Source: Chitinophagales bacterium
GTDB lineage: Bacteria; Bacteroidota; Bacteroidia; Chitinophagales; Saprospiraceae
Direction of reading: 5' to 3'
Assembly: GCA_038326165.1 (NCBI GenBank)
Contig: JBBQJT010000009.1
Coordinates: forward strand, 12,639-76,638
DNA: 64,000 nt
The translations under genes were made by a program, and so were the position numbers. The notes under the pieces are model-generated. The model ran no database searches, was not told where the DNA came from, and was given only the letters and a program-made list of their open reading frames with translations. Shown in pieces: positions 28,738 through 38,105 of this stretch (positions are counted from its first letter, which is position 1; each line of letters begins with the position of its first letter).

Positions 28738-29970
28738 ATGAATAAACTCTACACCCTCTTAACCATTTTATTGGTTTCAGCTCAATCTTTCGCTCAAACT
28801 GCAGGTTCTTGCGATGGAAGCAGATATATACTGGATCAGTTCCCAACTGTTACCAAAACTACAATTCAATACGCAACAAATAAAAATGTACAGGGTCTGA
28901 ATCAGAAGCTTTATATGGATATTTATACTCCAGATGGTGACATAGCTGAAGATCGACCAGTTATTATTTGGGCATTTGGCGGAAGTTTTATTGTTGGTCA
29001 ACGTTCTGATATGGCCAGCTACTGCATAGCTTATGCAAAAAAAGGATATGTGACTGCTACAATTGATTACAGGCTTTGGCCACTCTTTGTTTTGGGCTTC
29101 CCAACTGGGGATCAAGTTCTGAACGTTGTTGTTCAAGCAGTAAGCGACATGAAAGGAGCTGTTCGCTATTTCAAAAAAGACGCCGACTTAAACAATGCCT
29201 ATAGAATCAACCCGAGTAAAATTATTATTGGTGGTGTATCGGCTGGAGCCATAGCAGCACTTCATGCTGCCAATTTAGAATCAACTGACACCCTTAACTC
29301 ATTCATTCAGACTGCTGTTGATAAAAATGGTGGTATTGATGGTAATACTGGTGATTCCCTTATGCTTACTTATTCTCCAAATGTTGCGGCGGTTGTCAAT
29401 CTATCAGGCGGTCTTTATAATGCAAATTGGATTGATGAAAAGTCAAGTCCAATCATGAGCTATCACGGCAATGCAGACGCAACTGTTCCTTACACAAGTG
29501 GCATCGCCAACGGACTTCTTTACATAGAAGGATCTAAATTGCTCAATGACCGTTGTATGGAGGTAGGAATCGAAAATTATTTAGTAACCGTGCCAGGTGG
29601 AGGACATACTGATATTTATTCAGATCCTAAATTCAGCAGTTATCTGACTGAATTTAGTGTGAATTCTACATTGAAACTAGAAGATATCGTTTGCGAGAAC
29701 AGCAGCTCTACATCCAATGAATCAATATCGTCAATAATTTTGGCGGTTCCAAATCCAAGTAGTTTTAGCACCAATTTCAATATGCCAGAAGCTGCTAATT
29801 GGTCAGTTACCGTCTATACCTTGCAGGGACAATTGGTAAGTACCATGGAATCAGAAAATAATTCTATGATTACTTTGGAAAAAGGAAATTTAGCTTCAGG
29901 GCTTTATGTTGTAAGCATTTCGAATACCAAAACGGGTAAGCGCTTTGTAAGTAAGGTAAGTTTTAACTAG
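28738..29970 (+). CDS. Secreted alpha/beta-hydrolase (carboxylesterase/lipase-like) with a T9SS C-terminal sorting domain
   Basis: Signal peptide. Oxyanion-type IWAFGGSF. Nucleophile elbow GGVSAGA. The C-terminal ~80 aa (AVPNPSSFST...GLYVVSISN...VSF) are Por-tail-like. Confidence 0.8.
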   Translation: MNKLYTLLTILLVSAQSFAQTAGSCDGSRYILDQFPTVTKTTIQYATNKNVQGLNQKLYMDIYTPDGDIAEDRPVIIWAFGGSFIVGQRSDMASYCIAYAKKGYVTATIDYRLWPLFVLGFPTGDQVLNVVVQAVSDMKGAVRYFKKDADLNNAYRINPSKIIIGGVSAGAIAALHAANLESTDTLNSFIQTAVDKNGGIDGNTGDSLMLTYSPNVAAVVNLSGGLYNANWIDEKSSPIMSYHGNADATVPYTSGIANGLLYIEGSKLLNDRCMEVGIENYLVTVPGGGHTDIYSDPKFSSYLTEFSVNSTLKLEDIVCENSSSTSNESISSIILAVPNPSSFSTNFNMPEAANWSVTVYTLQGQLVSTMESENNSMITLEKGNLASGLYVVSISNTKTGKRFVSKVSFN

Positions 29971-29976
29971 TTTTTC

Positions 29977-30552
29977 ATGAATTTGCAAGAATTAAGTGCT
30001 CTCATAAAGGGAAGGAGATCCGTATTTCCAGAAATGTACATTCAGAAAGAAATTCCTGATCAAATCATTGAATCATTTCTTGAAAATGCCATCTGGGCTC
30101 CCAATCACAGACTCACCCAGCCTTGGAAATTTTTGGTCTACAAAGATCAGGGATTGGTTAGCCTTGGCAATTTCTTGGCTGAAGGATACAAGGAAATGAC
30201 GAACGAAGTTGCTTTTTCTGTGAAAAAATATGAGAAAACCAAATCAAAGCCCAGCTTGTCAGGCGCAGTTATTGCGGCAATTCTAAATAAGGATACAGAA
30301 AATAGAGTTCCAGAAGAGGAAGAAATAATGGCCTTAGCCATGGCTATACAAAATATCCTGCTAAGTTGTGAAATATCGGGCTTAGGAGCTTATTTAAGCA
30401 CGCCCGCATCAATTAGAAATGCAGCTAATTTTATGAACCTGTCAGAAAACCAACGTTGCTTGGGATTAATATATCTGGGCTACAGGAAAGAAATTCAATT
30501 GACCAGTCAGAGGCTTCCGCTGGAAGATAAAGTGGTCTGGATAAAGAATTAA
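29977..30552 (+). CDS. Nitroreductase-family protein
   Basis: RRSVFPEMY...APNHRLTQPWKF near the N-terminus is typical of NAD(P)H nitroreductases. 191 aa. Confidence 0.85.
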   Translation: MNLQELSALIKGRRSVFPEMYIQKEIPDQIIESFLENAIWAPNHRLTQPWKFLVYKDQGLVSLGNFLAEGYKEMTNEVAFSVKKYEKTKSKPSLSGAVIAAILNKDTENRVPEEEEIMALAMAIQNILLSCEISGLGAYLSTPASIRNAANFMNLSENQRCLGLIYLGYRKEIQLTSQRLPLEDKVVWIKN

Positions 30553-30556
30553 TCCT

Positions 30557-31381
30557 CTATTCGATCTCCCAAAAATCACCCCAAAGCCTTGAACCACCAT
30601 CAACATAGAGTGTTTCACCAGTTATGTAGGATGCCAAGGTGCTTGAGATAAATAGAATTGCATTTGCAACTTCTGTGGTTGTTCCCAATCTTTTGGTAGG
30701 TATTTTGTTTGCAATTCCTTGAGTCAGCTCAGGCGGATAATTTTCCAATCCTGATGATTGAATAATACCAGGAGCAATACAGTTTAACCTGATATTTTTA
30801 TTGGCCCATTCTACCGCCAGTGTCTTCGTAAAATTATCAATACCTGCGCGTGCTGCACCGGTATGTACCATACCCGGAACGCCCCTGAAGTGATTAACAA
30901 TAATGGTAGTAATTACACCCGCTTGTTGAGGAATAAAAAATCGGGTAGCCATAGTGTGCGTTGTAAGCCATGTACCATGTAGATTATTATTTATTACTGC
31001 TTTCCAACCCTTCTCATTCAGATCTTCAGCGGTTGTGGGAAATTGGCCTCCGGCATTATTGATCAAAATATCCAATTGTGTGTACTTTGCTTGAATATAA
31101 TCCGCCAATTGTTCCAACTGTTCAGATTCACGTATATCGGCTACGAAATGAGAGATTTCACCCAGCTTTCTAAGGGATTCTTCTGCACGTTCTAGCTTCT
31201 CCTTTTTACGACCGCAGATTATCACCTTTGCATTACAGATGAGCAACAACTCTGCAGTTTTGAACCCAATTCCGGTTCCACCACCAGTAACAAGCACAAC
31301 TTTATCTCTAAACAAGTCATTTGAAAATCCAATATCAGCCATTGTGTCATATTTGGGGCGCAATAAGCGCCAATTTGTCAT
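30557..31381 (-). CDS. SDR-family oxidoreductase (enoyl/dienoyl-CoA reductase-like)
   Basis: Cofactor motif VTGGGTGIG, NNAG motif, ~270 aa. The true start may be the internal Met (MADIGF...). Confidence 0.9.
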   Translation of the reverse strand: MTNWRLLRPKYDTMADIGFSNDLFRDKVVLVTGGGTGIGFKTAELLLICNAKVIICGRKKEKLERAEESLRKLGEISHFVADIRESEQLEQLADYIQAKYTQLDILINNAGGQFPTTAEDLNEKGWKAVINNNLHGTWLTTHTMATRFFIPQQAGVITTIIVNHFRGVPGMVHTGAARAGIDNFTKTLAVEWANKNIRLNCIAPGIIQSSGLENYPPELTQGIANKIPTKRLGTTTEVANAILFISSTLASYITGETLYVDGGSRLWGDFWEIE

Positions 31382-31483
31382 CTATAATTTTAAGAAACAG
31401 ACAGTTTGAGTTCAAAATTAGCTTTGGAATGGCAATTGATCTAAGAAATCGGAATATTATTAACAACTAAAAAACTATAAAAC

Positions 31484-31936
31484 ATGTCTTCAGTAACATT
31501 TCGACCTTTCACTCAAAGAATCAAGCCTATTGCTTTTAATGACGAAGTTAAGCATATTTTGGATCATTTATGGAGCCAAACTGCTCCTAGTTTGAGGCAC
31601 CTAGCGCAACAAAATGCACAACCATTAGTCAATATCTTGAAAGATGATAAAGCATACTATCTCAACTTCAATGTAGCTGGCTACAAAAAAGAACAAATCA
31701 ACATTCATTTGGAGGCTGACAAGTTAATAGTAAAGGCCACGGTTCCTTCCCCTGAAGAAAGCGAAACAAAAAGTCATCAGGAATTCAGCGTGAAAGATTT
31801 CGAAAGAGCTTTCTTGCTCTCAGAGGATATTGATGTGAACAGCATTCAAGCAAAACAAGAGAATGGAATCCTTCAAATCACACTTACTCTAAGAGAGAAA
31901 GCCCTTCCTGTCAAAAAAGAAATTGCTATTCTCTAA
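31484..31936 (+). CDS. Small heat-shock protein (Hsp20/alpha-crystallin family)
   Basis: Alpha-crystallin domain: FERAFLLSEDIDVNSIQAKQENGILQITL. Confidence 0.9.
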   Translation: MSSVTFRPFTQRIKPIAFNDEVKHILDHLWSQTAPSLRHLAQQNAQPLVNILKDDKAYYLNFNVAGYKKEQINIHLEADKLIVKATVPSPEESETKSHQEFSVKDFERAFLLSEDIDVNSIQAKQENGILQITLTLREKALPVKKEIAIL

Positions 31937-31968
31937 AATCCTTTGTCCAACTTTAAAAATTAAAAATA

Positions 31969-32406
31969 ATGAATGCAATAACACCCAACAAGCTTCCAAT
32001 GAAGATTTTAGTTAACGAATTTTTAGGTTCAACTATGAACCCTAGAGTATCAGATATTTTAGGTAATGACTCGATCATCAATCAACCTGCTGTGAATATC
32101 GTAGAAAGAGACGACAGCTACGCCATATCCGTTGCAGCTCCTGGATACCAAAAAGTTGATTTTAAAATTGCAGTTGACAATAAAAGGCTGAGCGTTTCGG
32201 CTGAGAAAACGCTATCAGAAGCTAATGAGAATAAAGCTTTTAAAAGGAGAGAATTCAGCTATGAAAAATTCGAAAGAAGTTTTAACCTGCCAGAAAATGC
32301 CGATAAAGAACTTATTTCTGCAAAATATACAGATGGTGTACTAGAAATACAAATCAAAAAATCCGAAACCTCGAGATTGAAAAAAACCATCGAAATAGAA
32401 GGATAA
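31969..32406 (+). CDS. Small heat-shock protein (Hsp20/alpha-crystallin family), second tandem copy
   Basis: PAVNIVERDDSYAISVAAPG...FERSFNLPENADKELISAKYTDGVLEIQI. It begins 32 nt after the first copy ends. Confidence 0.9.
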   Translation: MNAITPNKLPMKILVNEFLGSTMNPRVSDILGNDSIINQPAVNIVERDDSYAISVAAPGYQKVDFKIAVDNKRLSVSAEKTLSEANENKAFKRREFSYEKFERSFNLPENADKELISAKYTDGVLEIQIKKSETSRLKKTIEIEG

Positions 32407-32436
32407 GGTTATTATTAAAATGTGTTTAGTGGTTTA

Positions 32437-32459
32437 GGGCTCTGATTTTATCAGGGCCT
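32437..32459. terminator. Hairpin between the converging hsp20 and lytic transglycosylase genes (possible bidirectional terminator)
   Basis: GGCTCTGA-ttta-TCAGGGCC gives 8 pairs including one G.U on the plus strand. It overlaps the stop codon of the minus-strand gene (32451-32453). Confidence 0.35.
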
Positions 32460-33914
32460 TATTAGTTCCAGCTCTCGAATTTTCAATAATGTACCGGGTA
32501 AAGGGGTATTCTTTGTATTGATTTGATTGGTTTTCATCAAATACTCAAGCGTTACTCCATACTTAATTGCCACTTCCAAAAGACTTTCTTCAGCATTTAG
32601 CGTATAAAAGATATATGGAACATCAGAATACAATTTCGGAGAATAGGAAAGCGGCTCTTTTTGACTATTATCAATAGAACTTAAGGTGATATTAGCCAGC
32701 TTAGTCCTTTTAAGCTTTTTCAAATTGGGAGTTTCGACCAATTTTGTTTCAACTTTCTTCGGAAGAAAAATAACTATTTCTGTTGCTGGTTCCAAGGTGG
32801 CATCTGTAATATTATTCCACACCTTTAAAGTGTGCGTACTTACTGTAAAAAGATTGGCTACGGATTCAAGGTCATCAGTCTTTTCGGTGGTATAACTGGT
32901 CTTATAATAATAGGTTGTGTTGCTTATACTTCCCTCCATCTGCATCATTGTTAAAGTCTTCAAGAACTCCGACTTTCTGGCATCAGGTAAATTTACATAA
33001 TCGTTAAATGATCCAATAATCCTTTTAGGAAGTATCAAGAATTCACCGTCCATATTTGCTGGCAATATATCTTTGTTACACTGCGGATTCAAAATTCGGA
33101 GTTGCTCTAATGTCAGGCCAGTTACCATGCTTATTTCATCAAAGCTCAATTCTCTAAACACTTTGAGTTCCTTGGTCAACTGCAAGTCCAGATCGGGATT
33201 ATCTGCAATAATATTGTGCATTGGAAAATATTGCATTGCATAGGCAACGGCAATAAAAGCTGGAACATATTTTCTGGTTTGTTCGGGCAGATATTTTGCA
33301 ATATCATAAAATCGTGTGCTGTGTGCTCGCTTCATTGCTGAATTGATACGCCGAGGACCAGCATTGTATGCGGCGAGGACCAAAGCCCAATCGCCATAAA
33401 TATCATAAAGCTTTTTCAAAAATTTTGCAGCAGCATCTGTTGACTTGTGAATGTCACATCTTTCGTCAACCTCTTTATTGAAAGTTAGTCCGTACATTTC
33501 TGCTGTAGCAGGCATAAACTGCCAAATACCTACCGCTCCATCGGGAGATACGGCTTTAGGATTTAGATCTGTTTCAATTACCGGCAAATATTTTAAAGCT
33601 TCAGGTAGTCCGTTGGCTTTCAAATATTGTTCTATGATTGGAAAATAAATTGAGGAAAGGCCAAGAATTCTGGAAGTTCTCCTGCGGTAAGTCTGGACGT
33701 ATTCTTCTATTTTCTCCTTGACGTACGGTGAATATTTGCCCTCAAAGGGAATATCAAGATTCGAAACTCGATTTTTTAGGTCTTCATTGGTATAAACAGG
33801 ATTCTCTTCACCCCCAGTCAAAAAATCATTTTGATTATTTGTATTGGCTTCAAGGTTTACTTGAAACAGCAAGCACAGGATAAAAAGAAATAATGCTTTC
33901 AGTAGTTCTCGCAT
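32451..33914 (-). CDS. Membrane-bound lytic murein transglycosylase (MltD-like: SLT domain plus LysM repeats)
   Basis: SLT catalytic region SPDGAVGIWQFMPATAEMYGL...AAYNAGP. Several LysM-like ~45-aa repeats follow. The likely start is Met25 (MRELLKALFLFILCLLF) at 33914, not 33986. Confidence 0.85.
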   Translation of the reverse strand: MRELLKALFLFILCLLFQVNLEANTNNQNDFLTGGEENPVYTNEDLKNRVSNLDIPFEGKYSPYVKEKIEEYVQTYRRRTSRILGLSSIYFPIIEQYLKANGLPEALKYLPVIETDLNPKAVSPDGAVGIWQFMPATAEMYGLTFNKEVDERCDIHKSTDAAAKFLKKLYDIYGDWALVLAAYNAGPRRINSAMKRAHSTRFYDIAKYLPEQTRKYVPAFIAVAYAMQYFPMHNIIADNPDLDLQLTKELKVFRELSFDEISMVTGLTLEQLRILNPQCNKDILPANMDGEFLILPKRIIGSFNDYVNLPDARKSEFLKTLTMMQMEGSISNTTYYYKTSYTTEKTDDLESVANLFTVSTHTLKVWNNITDATLEPATEIVIFLPKKVETKLVETPNLKKLKRTKLANITLSSIDNSQKEPLSYSPKLYSDVPYIFYTLNAEESLLEVAIKYGVTLEYLMKTNQINTKNTPLPGTLLKIRELELIRP

Positions 33915-34075
33915 AGGCGACGATTTAGTTTTCTCTGAAAAGATGTGCAAATGTACAAATAATATTCTTTCATTTATCTCTGTCACAAAACATTAACAGA
34001 GTTTGAAAAGTAATTAATTATAAGTTACTATTAATCAACACATTACAAATAGGCGCTTCCTGAGCTCAAGTCTTC

Positions 34076-34100
34076 TGTTAACAATAATAGTTAACAATAA
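34076..34100. repeat. Tandem direct repeat GTTAACAATAAT x2 (13-bp period) in a long intergenic region
   Basis: gttaacaataat at 34076-34087, one nt, then gttaacaataat at 34089-34100. A degenerate tgttaataat follows downstream. Each unit contains the palindrome GTTAAC. Confidence 0.7.
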
Positions 34101-34341
34101 TGCTAATTTGTTAATAATGAGCTGCTTGCATCTTGTGTTACTTTCAAGTCGTTTTGTTTGGATTTACCAACGCCACCAGTGAAAATACCAACACCTCATT
34201 AATTTTTTATTAAAAATCAACCCTTAATGGTGTTACTAAGTGCTCTTATGTTAATTTTTTCATAAAATGAGAGCCCATTGTAGTAGCTTGCTGATTTCAA
34301 GCGTCTATTAAATAGTGTACTGTTTTTTCATACTAATATCC

Positions 34342-34378
34342 GAAGGTCGTCATCTGTAAAGCTGCGGCCTTCTTTTTT
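34342..34378 (+). terminator. Intrinsic-terminator-like hairpin plus T6 on the plus strand (a weaker hairpin on the minus strand after the SH3 gene)
   Basis: GAAGGTCG (34342-34349), a 15-nt loop, CGGCCTTC (34365-34372), then TTTTTT (34373-34378). On the plus strand it is 8 bp with one G.U. On the minus strand the same stem has a C.A mismatch and no U-tract. Confidence 0.4.
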
Positions 34379-35366
34379 AGTATTCGATTTTCCAAGAACC
34401 CTTTCCTTGCCTTTTGACTAAAGCAAAAACATCAGCGGTTCTCCTGCCCATATCCAAAGGCCGCAGCGAAACTCCAACTGTATTATTATCGAGCCACCTT
34501 GGAAGATAAGGTTCAAAACCTTCAATTTCACGCTCCCAAGCCACCACCAGACTTTTTCCTTCAATGGATATTATTTGAATGCCATTTGGGTTTCCTACTT
34601 TTCGAAAATCTGCATTCACGGAGACAATTGCCTTTTTGTCGGGGCTAGATTTAGGAAATCCCCATGTTCTGAGGTTTTTTCCAGTTGAAGCATTTACAAC
34701 TAAGAAATCGGAGCCCGAGCCTTGTTTTGAAGACAAAACGTAATAATTGATATTCTTATCAAAATAACAATAATTGTAAAGAGGTCCATCAGGATTCCCT
34801 TCTGTAGCAAACGTACAGATTGAGCCATCACTGATTTTCAATCGCAACCTTCCATTGCTCACGCTAACCTGGCTTACATCTTGTTTGATTTGCTGACGGC
34901 TTACTTGGTACATGCACTTGTCGAAATCTGCATAAACCTTGTCCTTGAGTAGGATAAAACAATCATCAAAAGGAAGAGGATTAAGATCTTCTCTTAAGTC
35001 TTTCATATTGATTCCACCACCGAATACCCAACCTTCAATACCATTTTTGAGTTTTATTTTCATCCAATGATCCTCAAATACCTTCCCCTCAATATTGATA
35101 TTATCCTTGGCTTGAGTTTTTATGCCCAAATAATTTACCAAGTCACCTTTTTTAATTTTAGCCAATAATGGTGCATCAGTCTTAGGCAATGTCCTAACTT
35201 TGAGGATTGGTAGCCAAACGTAATACTGCTGATTGTTATTTTCACTCAGATTCTCAATGATATATGGATCATTATCACTTGCCACTGATTTCGGAATGAT
35301 TTGTTGCTTGTTGGTACAAGCAATAATACTGAATACAAAAAACAATAAAAGGGTTCCGATTCTCAT
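34377..35366 (-). CDS. Lipoprotein with an SH3b-like domain, function unknown
   Basis: The likely start is the internal Met (MRIGTLLLFFVFSIIAC, lipobox). The segment LKVRTLPKTDAPLLAKIKKGDLVNYLG...WMKIKLKNGIEGWVFGG resembles bacterial SH3. Confidence 0.65.
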   Translation of the reverse strand: MRIGTLLLFFVFSIIACTNKQQIIPKSVASDNDPYIIENLSENNNQQYYVWLPILKVRTLPKTDAPLLAKIKKGDLVNYLGIKTQAKDNINIEGKVFEDHWMKIKLKNGIEGWVFGGGINMKDLREDLNPLPFDDCFILLKDKVYADFDKCMYQVSRQQIKQDVSQVSVSNGRLRLKISDGSICTFATEGNPDGPLYNYCYFDKNINYYVLSSKQGSGSDFLVVNASTGKNLRTWGFPKSSPDKKAIVSVNADFRKVGNPNGIQIISIEGKSLVVAWEREIEGFEPYLPRWLDNNTVGVSLRPLDMGRRTADVFALVKRQGKGSWKIEY

Positions 35367-35398
35367 TATAGCACAAAATAAAATACAAATATAAGCCA

Positions 35399-36886
35399 AT
35401 GTCTTTAATCCTCGTCTTCAATAAAACTTTATCATGGAACTTACTTCCAGCACTTTTGTGCTTATTGGGTATCAAAGCATCTGCTCAATATCCTTCAGCC
35501 TATGCCTATCTAGATAGGTATAATACTATGGCAATTAATGAAATGAAACGAACTGGCATTCCTGCATCCATCACTTTAGGCCAAGCATTGCTGGAGTCTG
35601 GATCAGGTACAAGTGTACTTGCCACCAAAGCAAATAACCACTTTGGTATCAAATGCGGTTCTTCTTGGCAGGGAAATACCTTTGGGAGAAAAGATGACGA
35701 ACGCAGGTTGTTGTTCTTTAAGAAGAAAAGTTGCTTTCGTAAATACAATTCCCCTGAAGAATCATATCAAGATCATTCTGAATTTCTCCGCAGACCGAAT
35801 GGACCCTATCAGTCACTTTTTAACCTTGCCTCCAGTGATTATAAAGGATGGGCGTATGGCTTGAAACAAGCCGGATATGCCACTAGTGACAGCTATGCTA
35901 AAGATTTGATTCGAATTATTGAATTGTACCAACTCTATAAATATGATTCCAATTCTAATCCAGGAACGGTGGTCATTAGCCCTGATAAATCCCTTCCTGA
36001 AAACAAAATACCTGTTGAACCCAAAAAGACGACAAGCATCCAGACAGCTTCTAAAGGCTTCACACCTTTGCGCATCAACCAAGTGCGAGCGGCTATGATC
36101 ACTGAGACCATGAACGTTGACGAATTCTGTACAAGAGCTCGATTGCCCATTAAAAGTATCTTAAAATATAATCCCTGGTTTTCGTCGGCTACATATATGC
36201 TTGTAAAAGATGATCTGGTCTATTTGCAAACTAAGAAGAAAAGCTTTTGGGGAACAAAAAAACAGCACTTGCTTGCTCCCAATGAAACCGTTTTTGGACT
36301 TTCACAAAGATATGGTGTTCAAGAAAATAAATTGCGTGAAAGAAATGGCTTGACTGCGTATGAAGAACCAGCCACAGGACAATACCTTTATTTAAGAGGA
36401 AAAAGAAAAGAAACAGCTAAATTGAAAATAGCCTCTAAACCTATTGCAATACCAATTGAAAAGCCAAGCATTTCACCCGATTCAGAACCTAGGCCTATAA
36501 AAGATACGCCTATAGAAAAACCAATTGCTAAAGAAGTGCCAGTCCTCATCGAAGTTTCTCCTACTCAGGAATCCATATCCACACCCTCTGGCAATGAAGA
36601 AACTTTCAATTTTGAAATTACTCCTCAATCTACTTCAAAGCCTTCAGCCCAATCAGGGCAAACCATAGAAATCATAAAAGCAGAACCAATTGTTCAGTCA
36701 CCTATAACCACAGATGTTGTTAAGCCACCTTATCCAAAGGCAGATCCCGTAATGTACACCGTTGGAGTTGGCGATACTTTGTATAATATTTCCAAAAAAT
36801 TTGGCACCACAGTTGATAAGTTAAAACAATTGAATCAACTTGCAGACAATAATATTCAGATAGGCCGTATATTGCAAATAAGATGA
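35399..36886 (+). CDS. Peptidoglycan hydrolase: N-acetylglucosaminidase (FlgJ/GH73-like) domain, Pro/Ser-rich linker and C-terminal LysM
   Basis: ITLGQALLESGSGTSVLATKANNHFGIKC is the glucosaminidase signature. The C-terminal YTVGVGDTLYNISKKFGTTVDKLKQLNQL...IGRILQI is LysM. Confidence 0.85.
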   Translation: MSLILVFNKTLSWNLLPALLCLLGIKASAQYPSAYAYLDRYNTMAINEMKRTGIPASITLGQALLESGSGTSVLATKANNHFGIKCGSSWQGNTFGRKDDERRLLFFKKKSCFRKYNSPEESYQDHSEFLRRPNGPYQSLFNLASSDYKGWAYGLKQAGYATSDSYAKDLIRIIELYQLYKYDSNSNPGTVVISPDKSLPENKIPVEPKKTTSIQTASKGFTPLRINQVRAAMITETMNVDEFCTRARLPIKSILKYNPWFSSATYMLVKDDLVYLQTKKKSFWGTKKQHLLAPNETVFGLSQRYGVQENKLRERNGLTAYEEPATGQYLYLRGKRKETAKLKIASKPIAIPIEKPSISPDSEPRPIKDTPIEKPIAKEVPVLIEVSPTQESISTPSGNEETFNFEITPQSTSKPSAQSGQTIEIIKAEPIVQSPITTDVVKPPYPKADPVMYTVGVGDTLYNISKKFGTTVDKLKQLNQLADNNIQIGRILQIR

Positions 36887-37617
36887 AAAAACATTTAATC
36901 CTACTAGGAATTTTGATTTCCGTTTCTGCTGACATCTATGCTCAGTCCTTTGCCTTTGGCATTAAAAGTGGTTTGACTGCCTCTTTGCAGCGATTTGACG
37001 GATTCGGAAATGACCCACTTCTGAAAGCTCCAATCATCGGTTACATTGAATCGGATGATCCCGGCGGCTCCGTATTTGCTCAATTCGGGTACCATACCAA
37101 AGGCGCAGCCAATATCCCAAGGCAGACCGTAATTTATACAGATCCGCAAGGTAATAATGTGTCTTGGCGGCCTCAAAAGGTTGAATATGAATTCAACAAC
37201 TTAAGTCTTGTTCTTGGTTTTAAGAAAAAATATCCTGTAGGCAATTCCTTCGCCTATTATCTGTTTGGCGTAAGAGGAGATTATACAGTAAGCACCAATT
37301 TTGAGGAGTTCAAAGACTTGAACAATTCCTTCTTTGGTTCATTTCCATCAGATCAATTCGTTCAGCCTTGGAACTATGGCGTGACAATTGGCGGTGGATG
37401 GGAGTTTCCCTTTACAGATCTTTTTAGTGGTACTCTTGAATTTACGGTTAATCCCGACTTTTCACGACAGTATTTTCAGCCTCCTATCCAAAATGTTATA
37501 AATCCTTTTGTACCGGGCGGGCCGTTGACATCAATTCCTGAGAGAAGAATTTCAAATATTGCACTTGAAGTTACTTTAGGATTGCGCTTCTTGCATAAGG
37601 TAATATACGAAGACTAA
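36883..37617 (+). CDS. Outer-membrane beta-barrel (porin-family/OmpW-like) protein
   Basis: Signal peptide ending YAQS. Alternating beta-strand pattern. 244 aa. Overlaps the upstream gene by 4 nt. Confidence 0.7.
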   Translation: MKKHLILLGILISVSADIYAQSFAFGIKSGLTASLQRFDGFGNDPLLKAPIIGYIESDDPGGSVFAQFGYHTKGAANIPRQTVIYTDPQGNNVSWRPQKVEYEFNNLSLVLGFKKKYPVGNSFAYYLFGVRGDYTVSTNFEEFKDLNNSFFGSFPSDQFVQPWNYGVTIGGGWEFPFTDLFSGTLEFTVNPDFSRQYFQPPIQNVINPFVPGGPLTSIPERRISNIALEVTLGLRFLHKVIYED

Positions 37618-37620
37618 TTT

Positions 37621-38103
37621 TTATTCTGCATTATCGTGAAATGCATCAATAACGCTTTTCATGACAATAAACATTGGCTCCTTGCCTTCTTTGGTAACGA
37701 ACGAACCATCTTCGACGACCAATGAATCTTCAATAAAGGCCAGCAAATCCTCTTGTTGATAATCTTGAAATAGCAAATCAAATCGCTGACTGACCTGATT
37801 AGCAGGTAGATGTTCCACTTTGGACCAGTTTTCATCTTCTGATTTTTCCAAATCATCTAATGTAAGTGTTGGGACTCCTCCAGTCGATCTATGGATAGAT
37901 GCGATAATTACCACTGTCAAAAAGATAAGACCTTCTCTTTCGTCAGAGGTAAGGCTGTTGAACTCTTCATCTATCAGATACTGAGCCAAACCTAGCTGCT
38001 CAGTAGTCAAATAATCAAATTCCTTCTCATAGAGGTCTTTATCGGTATCGAGCAGATCCAATACTTCATCAATCACTGATTCGGATATAAAAGGTAATGG
38101 CAT
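37621..38103 (-). CDS. Acidic hypothetical protein
   Basis: 160-aa ORF rich in D/E, lying 2 nt downstream of pckA on the same strand. No motif recognised. Confidence 0.6.
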   Translation of the reverse strand: MPLPFISESVIDEVLDLLDTDKDLYEKEFDYLTTEQLGLAQYLIDEEFNSLTSDEREGLIFLTVVIIASIHRSTGGVPTLTLDDLEKSEDENWSKVEHLPANQVSQRFDLLFQDYQQEDLLAFIEDSLVVEDGSFVTKEGKEPMFIVMKSVIDAFHDNAE

Positions 38104-38105
38104 AA

